Position numbers and translations under genes: made by a program. Below, in pieces: positions 8,880 through 17,488 of a DNA stretch of 64,000 bases. The first letter of the stretch is position 1. Each line of letters opens with the position of its first letter. Source of the DNA: an uncultured Anaerolineales bacterium (GTDB lineage: Bacteria; Chloroflexota; Anaerolineae; Anaerolineales; UBA11858). A model generated the notes under the pieces. That model was not told the origin of the DNA and ran no database searches. It saw only the letters and a program-made list of their open reading frames with translations. The DNA lies in assembly GCA_964621835.1 (NCBI GenBank), contig CAZUMA010000002.1, positions 92,392 to 156,391 on the forward strand, written 5' to 3'.

Positions 8880-10613
8880 ATGGCGATCAAGATTCTTCCT
8901 GATGAAGTTGCCTCGCAGATTGCTGCCGGAGAAGTCGTGGAGCGTCCTGCTTCGGTGGTTAAAGAGCTGATTGAGAACGCGATCGATGCCGGGGCAACAG
9001 AAATATCCCTAAAAATCGAAGAAGCCGGCCAAAAAAGGATTGAGGTAATCGACAACGGCACCGGGATTCCCCCGGATGAACTTGAGCTGGCTGTCTCCCG
9101 ACATGCAACCAGCAAACTATCCACTGCTGAGGAATTGTTTCATGTCTCTACACTTGGATTCCGGGGAGAAGCACTGGCGTCCATTGCCTCCGTCTCCCAA
9201 TTGACACTCACTTCAAGATCCTTGGCGGAGGACCTTGGCGCAGCAATTACAGTTGAGGGAGGTGAGATCACCTCCAACCGCAGATTGGGGTTCCCACAGG
9301 GGACAGCTGTCCAGGTTCGAAATCTCTTCTACAATGTTCCGGCGCGGAAGAAATTCCTCAAGACAGACCGGACAGAATGGCGGCATATCCACAAGCTGGT
9401 AAACCTGTATGCGTTTGCTTATCCTGAGATCCGGTTTATTTTGGATCACAATCAAGCCCCCTCTTTTCGCAGTTCTGGGAGTGGGGATCTCAGGGAGGTG
9501 CTGGCAGCTGTTTATGGGGTTGAAAAAGCGGAGAAATTGATTGCCGTCCTCGCTGAAGAACCACCGCTGGAGATCAGGGGGTTTATCAGTCCACCAGGTT
9601 TGACCCGCTCAAATCGCCAGGAGATCAATTTTTTTGTGAACCGGCGACCTGTCCAGGACGCTGCCCTCCTGAAAGCCCTGACACAGGGGTACCATACGAT
9701 GTTGATGAAAGGCCGCTATCCCCTGGCCGCTATCTTTATAAAAATGCCCCCGGAGAGTGTGGATGTCAATGTTCATCCAGCAAAAGCAGAGGTCAGGTTC
9801 GAGGATCGAAAGGTGGTTTTTAGGGGAGTGGAAAAGGCAGTCAGGCGGGCTCTGCTCGCACACACCCCTGCGCCCCTTGAGGGCAGGGTCCGGGCAAGTC
9901 TATCATGGTTGGGAGCGGCCCCGGATCACCGACAGGTCCGACGGGGAGATCCCAGAGGGTACAGCCCTGAGCCCGATCCCTTCACGAGGGAAACCAGAAG
10001 AGAAGGTTCGGCTGTCTTAACTCCACCGATTTTCCGGTTGATTGGACAAGCAGCCACCACGTTTTTGATTGCCGAAGGTCCTGATGGGATCTATCTGGTA
10101 GATCAGCATGCGGCTCACGAACGGGTCTTATTTGAAAAATATCTCCAACAGCACCAGCAATCGCGGATGGATTCTCAGCGGCTGCTGGAACCAGCGGTCA
10201 TCCAGTTCACACCTTCGGCTGCTGATCTGATCGAAGAACAGGCTCCTATTCTCAAGAAGCTGGGTTTTGAACTGGAATCTTTCGGGAATGCGATGGTAAA
10301 AATCAGGGCCATCCCCGCTATCCTGGGGGAGATATCCCCGGACGCAGCCATCAGGGCGGCTGTGGAAGATCTGGAAGTGGATGAAACCCCGCTTGAAAAG
10401 AATCTTGAGGAGAAAATCATCGCCAGAGTGTGTAAGAAAGCAGCCGTCAAAGCCGGGCAGGTGCTATCCCCGGCAGAGCAGAAAAAACTTCTGCTTGACT
10501 TGGAAGCCTGTGAATCCCCGCAAACCTGCCCCCATGGCCGGCCCACGATGATTCGTTTCTCTATTGATTTTTTAGAAAAGCGGTTTGGTCGAACTGGAAA
10601 GATACCAGACTGA
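8880..10613 (+). CDS. mutL: DNA mismatch repair protein MutL
   Basis: The N-terminal GHKL ATPase motifs are unmistakable: IAAGEVVERPASVVKELIENAIDAGAT, DNGTGI, TLGFRGEALASI. The C-terminal dimerisation region contains QHAAHERVLFE. Confidence 0.97.
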   Translation: MAIKILPDEVASQIAAGEVVERPASVVKELIENAIDAGATEISLKIEEAGQKRIEVIDNGTGIPPDELELAVSRHATSKLSTAEELFHVSTLGFRGEALASIASVSQLTLTSRSLAEDLGAAITVEGGEITSNRRLGFPQGTAVQVRNLFYNVPARKKFLKTDRTEWRHIHKLVNLYAFAYPEIRFILDHNQAPSFRSSGSGDLREVLAAVYGVEKAEKLIAVLAEEPPLEIRGFISPPGLTRSNRQEINFFVNRRPVQDAALLKALTQGYHTMLMKGRYPLAAIFIKMPPESVDVNVHPAKAEVRFEDRKVVFRGVEKAVRRALLAHTPAPLEGRVRASLSWLGAAPDHRQVRRGDPRGYSPEPDPFTRETRREGSAVLTPPIFRLIGQAATTFLIAEGPDGIYLVDQHAAHERVLFEKYLQQHQQSRMDSQRLLEPAVIQFTPSAADLIEEQAPILKKLGFELESFGNAMVKIRAIPAILGEISPDAAIRAAVEDLEVDETPLEKNLEEKIIARVCKKAAVKAGQVLSPAEQKKLLLDLEACESPQTCPHGRPTMIRFSIDFLEKRFGRTGKIPD

Positions 10614-10728
10614 ATATAGTCAGGCTGATAATCAGCCGATTTGGACCTGGCCGGCTCTCGCCCGGGAATTGTTCATTTGCGTGGAAATCGAGCGGCGGTG
10701 ATCCCTCAAAGAATGCGGATTTGAAGGC

Positions 10729-11064
10729 TCAAGAGAGGCTTTGCTTGAACACATCGGGAATATCGTGGCATTGGCCACATCCGATGTGGGGCTCAGCGAC
10801 CCGCTGTTTTGTTTTTGAGCAGTAGGCGGAAACCTTTACGCGGGGGGCGAGAATAAAAAAGGGGCGGACCACTTCTGCATTCAACTGCAGGTATTCACAA
10901 GCGTTCGCGCGCAGGATGCCGGGAACAGGACAGGTGAAGCAGAGCTTTGGCTGCCAGGCCTGCGGGGGATTGCTCTCTTTGAGCAGGCGGCACTCCTCGA
11001 TATGACGACCGCGGTGATAATCCCCATAGAAAAAACGGCATTCCACACCAGCTGGCGTTTTCAT
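10729..11064 (-). CDS. Cys-rich hypothetical protein translationally coupled to efp
   Basis: 111-aa ORF whose ATG overlaps the efp TGA (ATGA at 11061-11064). It has 8 Cys, including CFTC and CGQC pairs. I recognise no family. Confidence 0.5.
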   Translation of the reverse strand: MKTPAGVECRFFYGDYHRGRHIEECRLLKESNPPQAWQPKLCFTCPVPGILRANACEYLQLNAEVVRPFFILAPRVKVSAYCSKTKQRVAEPHIGCGQCHDIPDVFKQSLS

Positions 11065-11618
11065 GCGCGGGTGACATACTCCCCGGTCCGGGTGTCGATC
11101 CGGATGACATCACCGGTTTCAACGAAATTGGGCACATCCACCTCCAGGCCTGTGGAGGTCGTGACACTTTTTGTGACACTGGTGGCTGTATTCCCCCGAA
11201 CCGAGGGGTCCGCCCGAACGACTTCCTGATCTACTGTTGTGGGCAGCTCAATATCCAGCGGTTCTCCCTGGTAGAATGTCAGCTTAACTTCCATTTCTTC
11301 TGTCAGAAATTGAGCGCTATCCTGGAGGACTTCTGCCCGCAGCGCCGGTTGTTCGTAGGTTTCAACATCCATAAAGTGATACATTTCCCCATCGCTGTAC
11401 ATATATTTTGCATTGCGGTAAGTGAGCTGTACATCTTGAACATTATCCCCCGAGTTGAATTTTTTCTTTAATCGGACCCCTGAGCGGAGATCCCTGACAT
11501 CAACACGGATGGTTGCTTTCCCGCGGCCCGGTTTATGATGATCATACTCGAGGACTTTATACAAGTTCCCGTCCAGCTCAAATGTGACGCCTTTTCGGAG
11601 CTCATTGACATCGATCAT
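11061..11618 (-). CDS. efp: Translation elongation factor P
   Basis: 185 aa. Typical N-terminus MIDVNELRKGVTFELDGNLYKVLEYDHHKPGRGKATIRV and C-terminal OB domains (ETGDVIRIDTRTGEYVTRA). Confidence 0.97.
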   Translation of the reverse strand: MIDVNELRKGVTFELDGNLYKVLEYDHHKPGRGKATIRVDVRDLRSGVRLKKKFNSGDNVQDVQLTYRNAKYMYSDGEMYHFMDVETYEQPALRAEVLQDSAQFLTEEMEVKLTFYQGEPLDIELPTTVDQEVVRADPSVRGNTATSVTKSVTTSTGLEVDVPNFVETGDVIRIDTRTGEYVTRA

Positions 11619-11849
11619 AATTCTTCCCTTCGCCTATTTTGGATGTTCAGAAATTGCCTGGTGATTATAGTCTACCCACCGGGGGGTGACAAGGGAACGG
11701 TCATCACCAGAGGTGTTTTGAGTCCTTCTTGGACCAGATCACGGCGGGATGGCCACGTGGTGAGTAGGGTTGGTAAAAAATATCCTGCGCAACTACCCGG
11801 TATGCAAATTATGGTAAACTTAGGGAAGATTAGCAAAGGGTATCTGGCA

Positions 11850-12236
11850 ATGACAGACAAAAAGCGGATTGTGTGCATTGAGGATGAACCGGAAACAACC
11901 AATCTTGTCAAACTAATCCTTGCCCGGGAGGGGTTTGAAGTTCTGGGTGCAAATGGGGGAGAAGAGGGGTTGGCGATGGTTCGGGAAGAACTTCCGGATT
12001 TAATATTGCTGGATTTAATGATGCCGGATATGGATGGCTGGCAGGTATACCAGCATCTTAAGGAAGATGAATCCACCAGGGATATCCCGGTGATTGTTGT
12101 TACTGCCAAAGTACAAAGTATCGATAAGGTGTTGGGATTACAGGTTGCAAAAGTGGATGACTATATTACCAAACCCTTCCGGCCTGAAGAACTCTCAGAG
12201 CGGGTGAAGCATGTTTTATCCCAGGCAGTAGATTAA
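11850..12236 (+). CDS. Stand-alone CheY-like response regulator receiver protein
   Basis: IEDEPE, LILLDLMMPDMDG (acceptor Asp), VVTAK and DDYITKPF motifs. Start set to ATG 11850 (MTDKKRIV). The upstream part of the ORF overlaps efp antisense. Confidence 0.85.
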   Translation: MTDKKRIVCIEDEPETTNLVKLILAREGFEVLGANGGEEGLAMVREELPDLILLDLMMPDMDGWQVYQHLKEDESTRDIPVIVVTAKVQSIDKVLGLQVAKVDDYITKPFRPEELSERVKHVLSQAVD

Positions 12237-12260
12237 TTAACCCTCCCTCCTATTTGATCT

Positions 12261-12638
12261 ATGAAAACCGTTCAAATTTCCAACGCTTCTCAAACGCTGC
12301 CAGAAGCTCTGCGAGCGTGGTACTGCAATTCTTTTTTCTGCCGCTTTCGGGGCTTAATGTTCCGAGACCAGCTGGAGGAAGGTTGGGGTTTGCTGCTGGT
12401 CCAGAGAAGAGAAAATCGCCGGGATGCGGCCATCCATATGTTTTTTGTGCAGATGGATCTTGGGATTATCTGGATGGATCAGGAACAGCAGGTTGTTGAT
12501 TGCCAGCTGGCAAAAAAATGGCGGCCTCTATACACACCTGCCCATCCCGCAAAATATGTTCTCGAAGTGAATCCGGAGTGGTTGGATTACATAAAAATTG
12601 GAGATAAACTGGATTTTGAAGAAATTCATACGCACTAG
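12261..12638 (+). CDS. DUF192-family protein
   Basis: 125 aa. RGLMFR...GLLL...IHMFFVQMDLGIIWMD...YVLEV is the pattern I associate with DUF192 (COG1430). Confidence 0.65.
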   Translation: MKTVQISNASQTLPEALRAWYCNSFFCRFRGLMFRDQLEEGWGLLLVQRRENRRDAAIHMFFVQMDLGIIWMDQEQQVVDCQLAKKWRPLYTPAHPAKYVLEVNPEWLDYIKIGDKLDFEEIHTH

Positions 12639-14013
12639 CTTGATTCTGATTTTGCTTTTTTTGGCTGCCACCCCTGTCCTGGCCCAGGGGGATCAGCCGG
12701 AAGGACTTGTCTACATCGTCCAGCCGGGTGATACATTATGGACGATTGCCAGAAACCTGCATGTACCTTATGACGCCCTGCTTTCCCGAAATGGTCTGGA
12801 TCAAGAAAGCGCCATCCTGCCTGGGACGGAATTGGCAGTCCCGGGTCTGGCAGGGTTTTCAGGGATCCTGACCACCACGCGGATCAGCTTCGGGGAAACG
12901 CTGACCAGTCTGAGTCGGCAATATCAGGTCCCTAAAGAAACTTTAATCCGGTTGAATCGACTGACCACGCCCCTGGAATTGTACGCCGGTGTCTCCGTGG
13001 TGCTGCTGGAGACCAATCAGGGTGAGCAAAATCTGGGAGAGCGGGTGTCCCTTGCCCTGGGGGAAACCCCACTGGAGATGGCTGTACAGGCGGATGTCAA
13101 CCCCTGGGAGCTGATGCTCAGCAACGCCCAGGAGGGGCAGTGGTCTATTGTTCCTGGGGAAGTGTTCTTTGTTCCTGGGACCAGCTCGAGCGGTCCGGGG
13201 GCTTTCCCGGCTGAGATCACCAAGGTCAGTTATGAGCCGGATAGTTTTGTTCAGGGTCATACCTCCACAATCGAGATGAGAGCGCCAGATCAAACAACCG
13301 TGGAGGGGTCTTTGGGCAAATATCCCCTACACTTTTTCGAGAAAAACCCGGGAACGTACCTCTCCCTCCAGGGATTGCATGCAAAAGAGGAGCTGGGTTT
13401 GAAGCCGCTTTCCATTTCAGGGATGCTCCCGGATGGAACTCCTTTTGCTCATCAGCAGATGGTCCGGGTGTTGAGTGGAGAATACATCTTTGAGGATATC
13501 GGTGGTGTTCCCACAGAAACAATCGGGCTGGATAATACAGAAGAAGAATCTTTGAAGCTGGAAGCGATTGCTGATAATGCCAGCCCCAAAAGGTACTGGT
13601 CTGGATCTTTTGTCAGCCCCGTTCAACCTGAGTTCAGTGAAGCGTACTCATCTTATTTTGGGAATCGAAGGTCCTATAATGGCAGTGGCTATTTATACTT
13701 CCACACAGGTTTGGATTTCTACAGCAATCAGGGGGACAGCATTTTTTCAGCTGCCCCGGGGAAGGTTATTTATGTCGGGGATTTACCGATCCACGGTGGG
13801 ACAACCATGATCGATCACGGCTGGGGGGTTTATACCCTGTATGCCCATCAATCGGAGATTCTCACCCGTGAGGGGGCCAGCGTGTCAGCCGGGGAATTAA
13901 TTGGACGGATTGGTTCTACCGGACGATCCAGCGGCCCCCATCTGCATTGGGAAATCTGGGTTGGAGGCGTCCAGGTGGACCCCCTGGATTGGTTGAAAAA
14001 CACCTATCCCTAG
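12598..14013 (+). CDS. Secreted LysM-domain M23 (LytM-type) peptidoglycan endopeptidase
   Basis: Signal peptide (KKFIRTSLILILLFLAATPVLAQG), LysM repeats (YIVQPGDTLWTIARNL..., FGETLTSLSRQY...) and M23 motifs (HTGLDF, GSTGRSSGPHLHWEI). It overlaps the DUF192 gene by 41 nt. Confidence 0.9.
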   Translation: MEINWILKKFIRTSLILILLFLAATPVLAQGDQPEGLVYIVQPGDTLWTIARNLHVPYDALLSRNGLDQESAILPGTELAVPGLAGFSGILTTTRISFGETLTSLSRQYQVPKETLIRLNRLTTPLELYAGVSVVLLETNQGEQNLGERVSLALGETPLEMAVQADVNPWELMLSNAQEGQWSIVPGEVFFVPGTSSSGPGAFPAEITKVSYEPDSFVQGHTSTIEMRAPDQTTVEGSLGKYPLHFFEKNPGTYLSLQGLHAKEELGLKPLSISGMLPDGTPFAHQQMVRVLSGEYIFEDIGGVPTETIGLDNTEEESLKLEAIADNASPKRYWSGSFVSPVQPEFSEAYSSYFGNRRSYNGSGYLYFHTGLDFYSNQGDSIFSAAPGKVIYVGDLPIHGGTTMIDHGWGVYTLYAHQSEILTREGASVSAGELIGRIGSTGRSSGPHLHWEIWVGGVQVDPLDWLKNTYP

Positions 14014-14042
14014 TGTTCCTTCTTGTGGTTGTTTTGAGAAGC

Positions 14043-14070
14043 TTGTCCTGCAGTAGGAGTAGAGTATAAT
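14043..14070 (+). promoter_or_regulatory. Candidate sigma70-type promoter TTGTCC-N16-TATAAT upstream of the 14117 ORF
   Basis: Read directly from the sequence. It lies in the 103-nt gap after the M23 peptidase gene. Confidence 0.35.
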
Positions 14071-14116
14071 ATATTGGCTCCGAAAAGAGCTAACCCTGTC
14101 CAGTATCGATCACAGC

Positions 14117-15712
14117 TTGAGGCAATTTATGGTATCAGGATTATTATCCCTCCGAGAGGATTACTGGGAGGAATTTGAACTTGAAGAAAAGGATATCTCC
14201 TATCTCTATGATTACCTCTTGGAGACTGAAACACCGCTGACGTCTGTGGAGCTGATGCCTATTCTGCTCACGCAGCGCATCGATCGAGAAAAAATCCGCC
14301 TGGAAGAGAAGCGATTGGATGGCAACGATGTCTATCTTCCCCAAGAGGAGTACCAGACCGGGGTGGGGCTGGTTTTCCCGGCCTTTGCCTGGAAAAAGGG
14401 CGAGGTGGTGGGCGTACGGGAAGGGGAAAATCCTGCAGTGGGATCATTCCAGGTCATCCAGGTAGAATTTGAGGATGGAGAGCAACGAGAATTTGCAAGC
14501 GGGATCGAAGATCATGCTCTGAATGTTCCTCCAGAAACTGCTCAGGCGGATTCCCTGAATACAGATGCGGTCATCTCAGAATATGGGGACAGCTTGGTGG
14601 AGCGGGTTGAGCACGGACTGGAAGATCGGGAAGAATTTGTTCAGATTGCAGGACGGTGGTTCCTGCGGGCGCTGCTGGTAGATGTGAACGTTGGCCATCT
14701 CAACCTGGCGGAGGCGGTGCTGGACATGCATCAAGGCGGTCCTCTGTCCACTCCGAACTTGATCGAGGAGGTAGAATTGACCTCTGATGTGAATCCCAAT
14801 TTGATTGAGTTTTCCATGGATCATGCCTTACAGGAGGATGATCGCTTCGATGAGGTAGGACCGGCAGGAGAGGTTGCCTGGTATTTAAAAAACCTGGAGC
14901 CGGAGGGCGTAAAAAACACCCCCATTTTCCTTAGATATATTCCCATAGAATATAACGAAGACAGTCTCACAGAGGAGATGCTTTCCCTGGAGGAGTCCAT
15001 CAATGATGAACTGACCCCCTGGGAGAGGTTGAAGGTCAATCCCAAAAAAGAGGTCGAGGTCCGGCTGATTTTTCCTCACTGGCGAGCTGGGACCCTGCCG
15101 CTTTCAAAACAGGTGAGACCCCTTTTCCCAACAGCCTATGAAGCACCCAGGATCCGTTTCACCCTGGTGGATGGGAAAAGCGGCGATCAGTTCCCCGGCT
15201 GGGTGGTTCGTAATCAGAAATATGTCTATGGCCTGCGAGCATGGTACCGGGAAAAAGGGCTGATTCCCGGGGGAATTGTCCGTATCAAACCTGGGAAAAA
15301 CCCGGGGGAAGTCATCGTGGATACAAAAAGCTCCCGCTCCTCAAAAAATTGGATGCGCACGCTGCTGGTGGGGTCGGATGGTGAGCTGGTATTTGCTACT
15401 CTAAAGCAGATCGTTTCCTCGGATTACAACGATCGAATGGCGATTGTGGTCCCTGATGTGGATCCGGTGGACCAAGTCTGGCAGGAGAATCAAACTAATC
15501 CCCCGCCGTTCGAACAGATTGTGGTGGATATCGTTCGCGAACTGACCAAACTGAACACCCAGGGCCACGTCCATGTCACAGAATTATATGCTGCTGTAAA
15601 CACGGTCCGGCGCTGCCCGCCGGGGCCGCTGATGTCCTTACTGGAAACCAGGCCGTGGTTTGTGCATGTGGGAGATTTACATTTTCGTTTTGATGATTCT
15701 GAAGGGAAATAA
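14117..15712 (+). CDS. Conserved-looking hypothetical protein (531 aa, acidic, no recognised catalytic motif)
   Basis: Long uninterrupted ORF. Start is TTG 14117 or ATG 14129. The N- and C-terminal ~70 aa look like small helical, winged-helix-like modules (ISYLYDYLLETETPLTSVELMPIL; IVVDIVRELTKLNTQGHVHVTELYAAV). That reading is an impression only. Confidence 0.6.
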   Translation: MRQFMVSGLLSLREDYWEEFELEEKDISYLYDYLLETETPLTSVELMPILLTQRIDREKIRLEEKRLDGNDVYLPQEEYQTGVGLVFPAFAWKKGEVVGVREGENPAVGSFQVIQVEFEDGEQREFASGIEDHALNVPPETAQADSLNTDAVISEYGDSLVERVEHGLEDREEFVQIAGRWFLRALLVDVNVGHLNLAEAVLDMHQGGPLSTPNLIEEVELTSDVNPNLIEFSMDHALQEDDRFDEVGPAGEVAWYLKNLEPEGVKNTPIFLRYIPIEYNEDSLTEEMLSLEESINDELTPWERLKVNPKKEVEVRLIFPHWRAGTLPLSKQVRPLFPTAYEAPRIRFTLVDGKSGDQFPGWVVRNQKYVYGLRAWYREKGLIPGGIVRIKPGKNPGEVIVDTKSSRSSKNWMRTLLVGSDGELVFATLKQIVSSDYNDRMAIVVPDVDPVDQVWQENQTNPPPFEQIVVDIVRELTKLNTQGHVHVTELYAAVNTVRRCPPGPLMSLLETRPWFVHVGDLHFRFDDSEGK

Positions 15713-15740
15713 GTGAGTATGGTAAGGGAAGGAGAGATCG

Positions 15741-16178
15741 GTGGCGAAGCCTAAATTGTCAAGTGTGCTGAAACCGACAATTGAGACCCCGTTTCACATC
15801 GATTTTGATTGGTGGAAAGATCATGATCGCTCCTGGAGGGTTCACCTCCGCAGCTGTCTGTGTGGAGAACACCAGGAGATGTATGCCGACTTATCCGGTG
15901 ATGAAAAGGTGGATTGGATCGATCCGGAAACCGCTGAAGTGCAGATGGTGGATGGCTTGCAGCACATCCTGATTTCCCACTGCGCCCAGGAGGAGTCCTT
16001 TATCACGGAGCAAACCACCCTGACCGAGGCGCTGTTCCGCGTTTTTCTCTCCAATGGCAACCAGCCGCTGAGCCCGGTGGAGTTAGCAGAAATCCTCAAC
16101 CGGCCGCCTCAGAAGATCCTCCAGACCATTTCTGGTCCCCGAGTGTACCGGGGGATCCGTCCGATTTCGAAAAAATAA
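15741..16178 (+). CDS. Hypothetical protein (145 aa)
   Basis: GTG start with GGAGAG 5 nt upstream, 28 nt after the preceding ORF. The C-terminus (TEALFRVFLSNGNQPLSPVELAEILNRP) again looks winged-helix-like. I recognise no family. Confidence 0.55.
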   Translation: MAKPKLSSVLKPTIETPFHIDFDWWKDHDRSWRVHLRSCLCGEHQEMYADLSGDEKVDWIDPETAEVQMVDGLQHILISHCAQEESFITEQTTLTEALFRVFLSNGNQPLSPVELAEILNRPPQKILQTISGPRVYRGIRPISKK

Positions 16179-16204
16179 AGCAATCGATTATAATATCAGC
16201 AGAT

Positions 16205-16278
16205 GCCCTCGTAGCTCAATTGGATAGAGCACCGGACTTCTAATCCGACGGCTGCAGGTTCGAGTCCTGCCGAGGGCG
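16205..16278 (+). tRNA. tRNA-Arg (anticodon TCT)
   Basis: Hand-folded cloverleaf of 74 nt. Acceptor GCCCTCG/CGAGGGC, D-stem GCTC/GAGC, anticodon loop CTTCTAA, variable loop CGGCT, T-arm GCAGG-TTCGAGT-CCTGC, discriminator G. CCA is not encoded. A TATAAT box lies at 16190-16195. Confidence 0.93.
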
Positions 16279-16299
16279 CTGTATCAGTTTGCAGCATCA

Positions 16300-16339
16300 A
16301 ATAAGGGACGAAGTCCGTTTTAGGACTTCGTCCCTTATT
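16300..16339 (+). terminator. 17-bp perfect hairpin (AATAAGGGACGAAGTCC-N6-GGACTTCGTCCCTTATT) followed by a T-rich tail, downstream of tRNA-Arg
   Basis: Read directly. The tail is GTTAATCTTTT. Confidence 0.6.
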
Positions 16340-16567
16340 GTTAATCTTTTACCGTAAATCCAGTCTGCTGGTTTGGTGGGCTCAATAGAGAATTTGGAGG
16401 GATTGAATGACCAGAAAATTGAATTTGGGATGGATTATTTCTCGAATTAATACAGATGGATAATGCTGTACGTTCTAGAAAAAAACGGTTCCATATGTTT
16501 ACTGAGGGGGGGATTAAAGGTAATATCTAAAGATCATCAATTTCATTCCAAAAGGAGGCAGTGAAAG

Positions 16568-16831
16568 ATGAATAATCCTAAGAATGAGTTTTCCTTTGAA
16601 ACACCAGAAAAAGAATTTGAGAACCAAGAGCAGGGCAGTAAGGCAGCCAGCTTATTTGGGCGGTACGGGATTTGGTTTGTACTTCTCAGCGTTGGCTACA
16701 CCATCTATGGACTTACACAGGACTATGATTTTATCGTCAGCTGCATCACAGGTTTGGCTTTAGGTGTGCTATTTGTATTACTGATGATGATGAGATCATA
16801 CCTTCGTGCAAAACTGCATAAAAAGAAATAG
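16568..16831 (+). CDS. Small two-TM membrane protein (87 aa), hypothetical
   Basis: Strong SD (AAAGGAGG, 8 nt before the ATG), two hydrophobic helices and a basic C-terminus. It lies in the AT-rich segment between the two tRNA-Arg copies. Confidence 0.5.
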   Translation: MNNPKNEFSFETPEKEFENQEQGSKAASLFGRYGIWFVLLSVGYTIYGLTQDYDFIVSCITGLALGVLFVLLMMMRSYLRAKLHKKK

Positions 16832-16910
16832 GATCAGGAATTTTTCTTTGTTTTAGCATTGCGGATCAGAAAAACTGAATCGGTTTTTGATTGCGATATT
16901 GTATTTTTTT

Positions 16911-16984
16911 CCTCGTAGCTCAATTGGATAGAGCACCGGACTTCTAATCCGACGGCTGCAGGTTCGAGTCCTGCCGAGGGCGCT
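16911..16984 (+). pseudogene. 5'-clipped second copy of tRNA-Arg(TCT); 74-bp perfect direct repeat of 16207-16280
   Basis: Identical to the first copy from tRNA position 3 through 2 nt past the discriminator. Positions 1-2 are TT instead of GC, so the 1-72 pair is lost and 2-71 becomes U-G. Confidence 0.7.
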
Positions 16985-17093
16985 CGATGGGCAGGGGGCT
17001 TATAAAAAACTTCTGGATGTATGCTTCCCGGTCCAAGCAGCCTCAGCCATAGAGAGGACCCTCTCTGTGGCTAAAAAAAAGCAGGGTCAGTCA

Positions 17094-17125
17094 TCTCCAT
17101 TAGGCCTGCTCTCCATTAGGCCTGC
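17094..17125. repeat. Tandem direct repeat 2 x 16 bp (TCTCCATTAGGCCTGC)
   Basis: Read directly. It lies in non-coding sequence downstream of the 102-aa membrane ORF. Confidence 0.8.
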
Positions 17126-17179
17126 CTGCTGATCATCGCGTATCGGAAGATCATTACCAGCAAGGAGCAGGATTTTATT

Positions 17180-17488
17180 TCAAAAAAGCTGTCCATAAAA
17201 AATCATCATCGCGCACAGCAGGAAGAATAAGACAATCAAAGCAACATAAAATATCATCACCATCGCGATCGCGATCGCGATCCCTTTTTTTCCCCTGATC
17301 CATAACAACCAGGAGAGAGCGATGGCGAAGATGAAGGCAAGGATTGTGGAGAGCTCAAATCCTGAAATGTTAAACGTTGATATCACCGCGTGATAGAGAA
17401 GGATCCCAACAACGCAGCTGGCAGAGATCGTCCCACCTACCAACCATCCTTTCAAGGAATCATAGTTAGGCTTCTTATAATTCAGCAT
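17180..17488 (-). CDS. Hypothetical three-TM membrane protein (102 aa)
   Basis: The ORF is strongly hydrophobic and helical throughout. The SD is weak. It contains an (ATCGCG)n run encoding AIAIAIA. Confidence 0.4.
   Translation of the reverse strand: MLNYKKPNYDSLKGWLVGGTISASCVVGILLYHAVISTFNISGFELSTILAFIFAIALSWLLWIRGKKGIAIAIAMVMIFYVALIVLFFLLCAMMIFYGQLF

Noticed and set aside
8750-9124. N-terminal 125-codon extension of the HAD hydrolase ORF (338-aa version)
   Set aside because: The extension is Ser/Ala-rich and low-complexity, and it runs antisense through the mutL start. The HAD DxD motif sits right after the internal ATG 8749, which gives the normal family length.
17262-17285. GCGATC/GCGATCGC run (cyanobacterial HIP1-like), plus a few other GCGATCGC sites (about 6473, 22257, 49809)
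   Set aside because: I spotted only a handful of copies in 64 kb. That is far below HIP1 densities and compatible with chance plus codon effects (an Ala-Ile repeat). It is not evidence for a HIP1-type genome.
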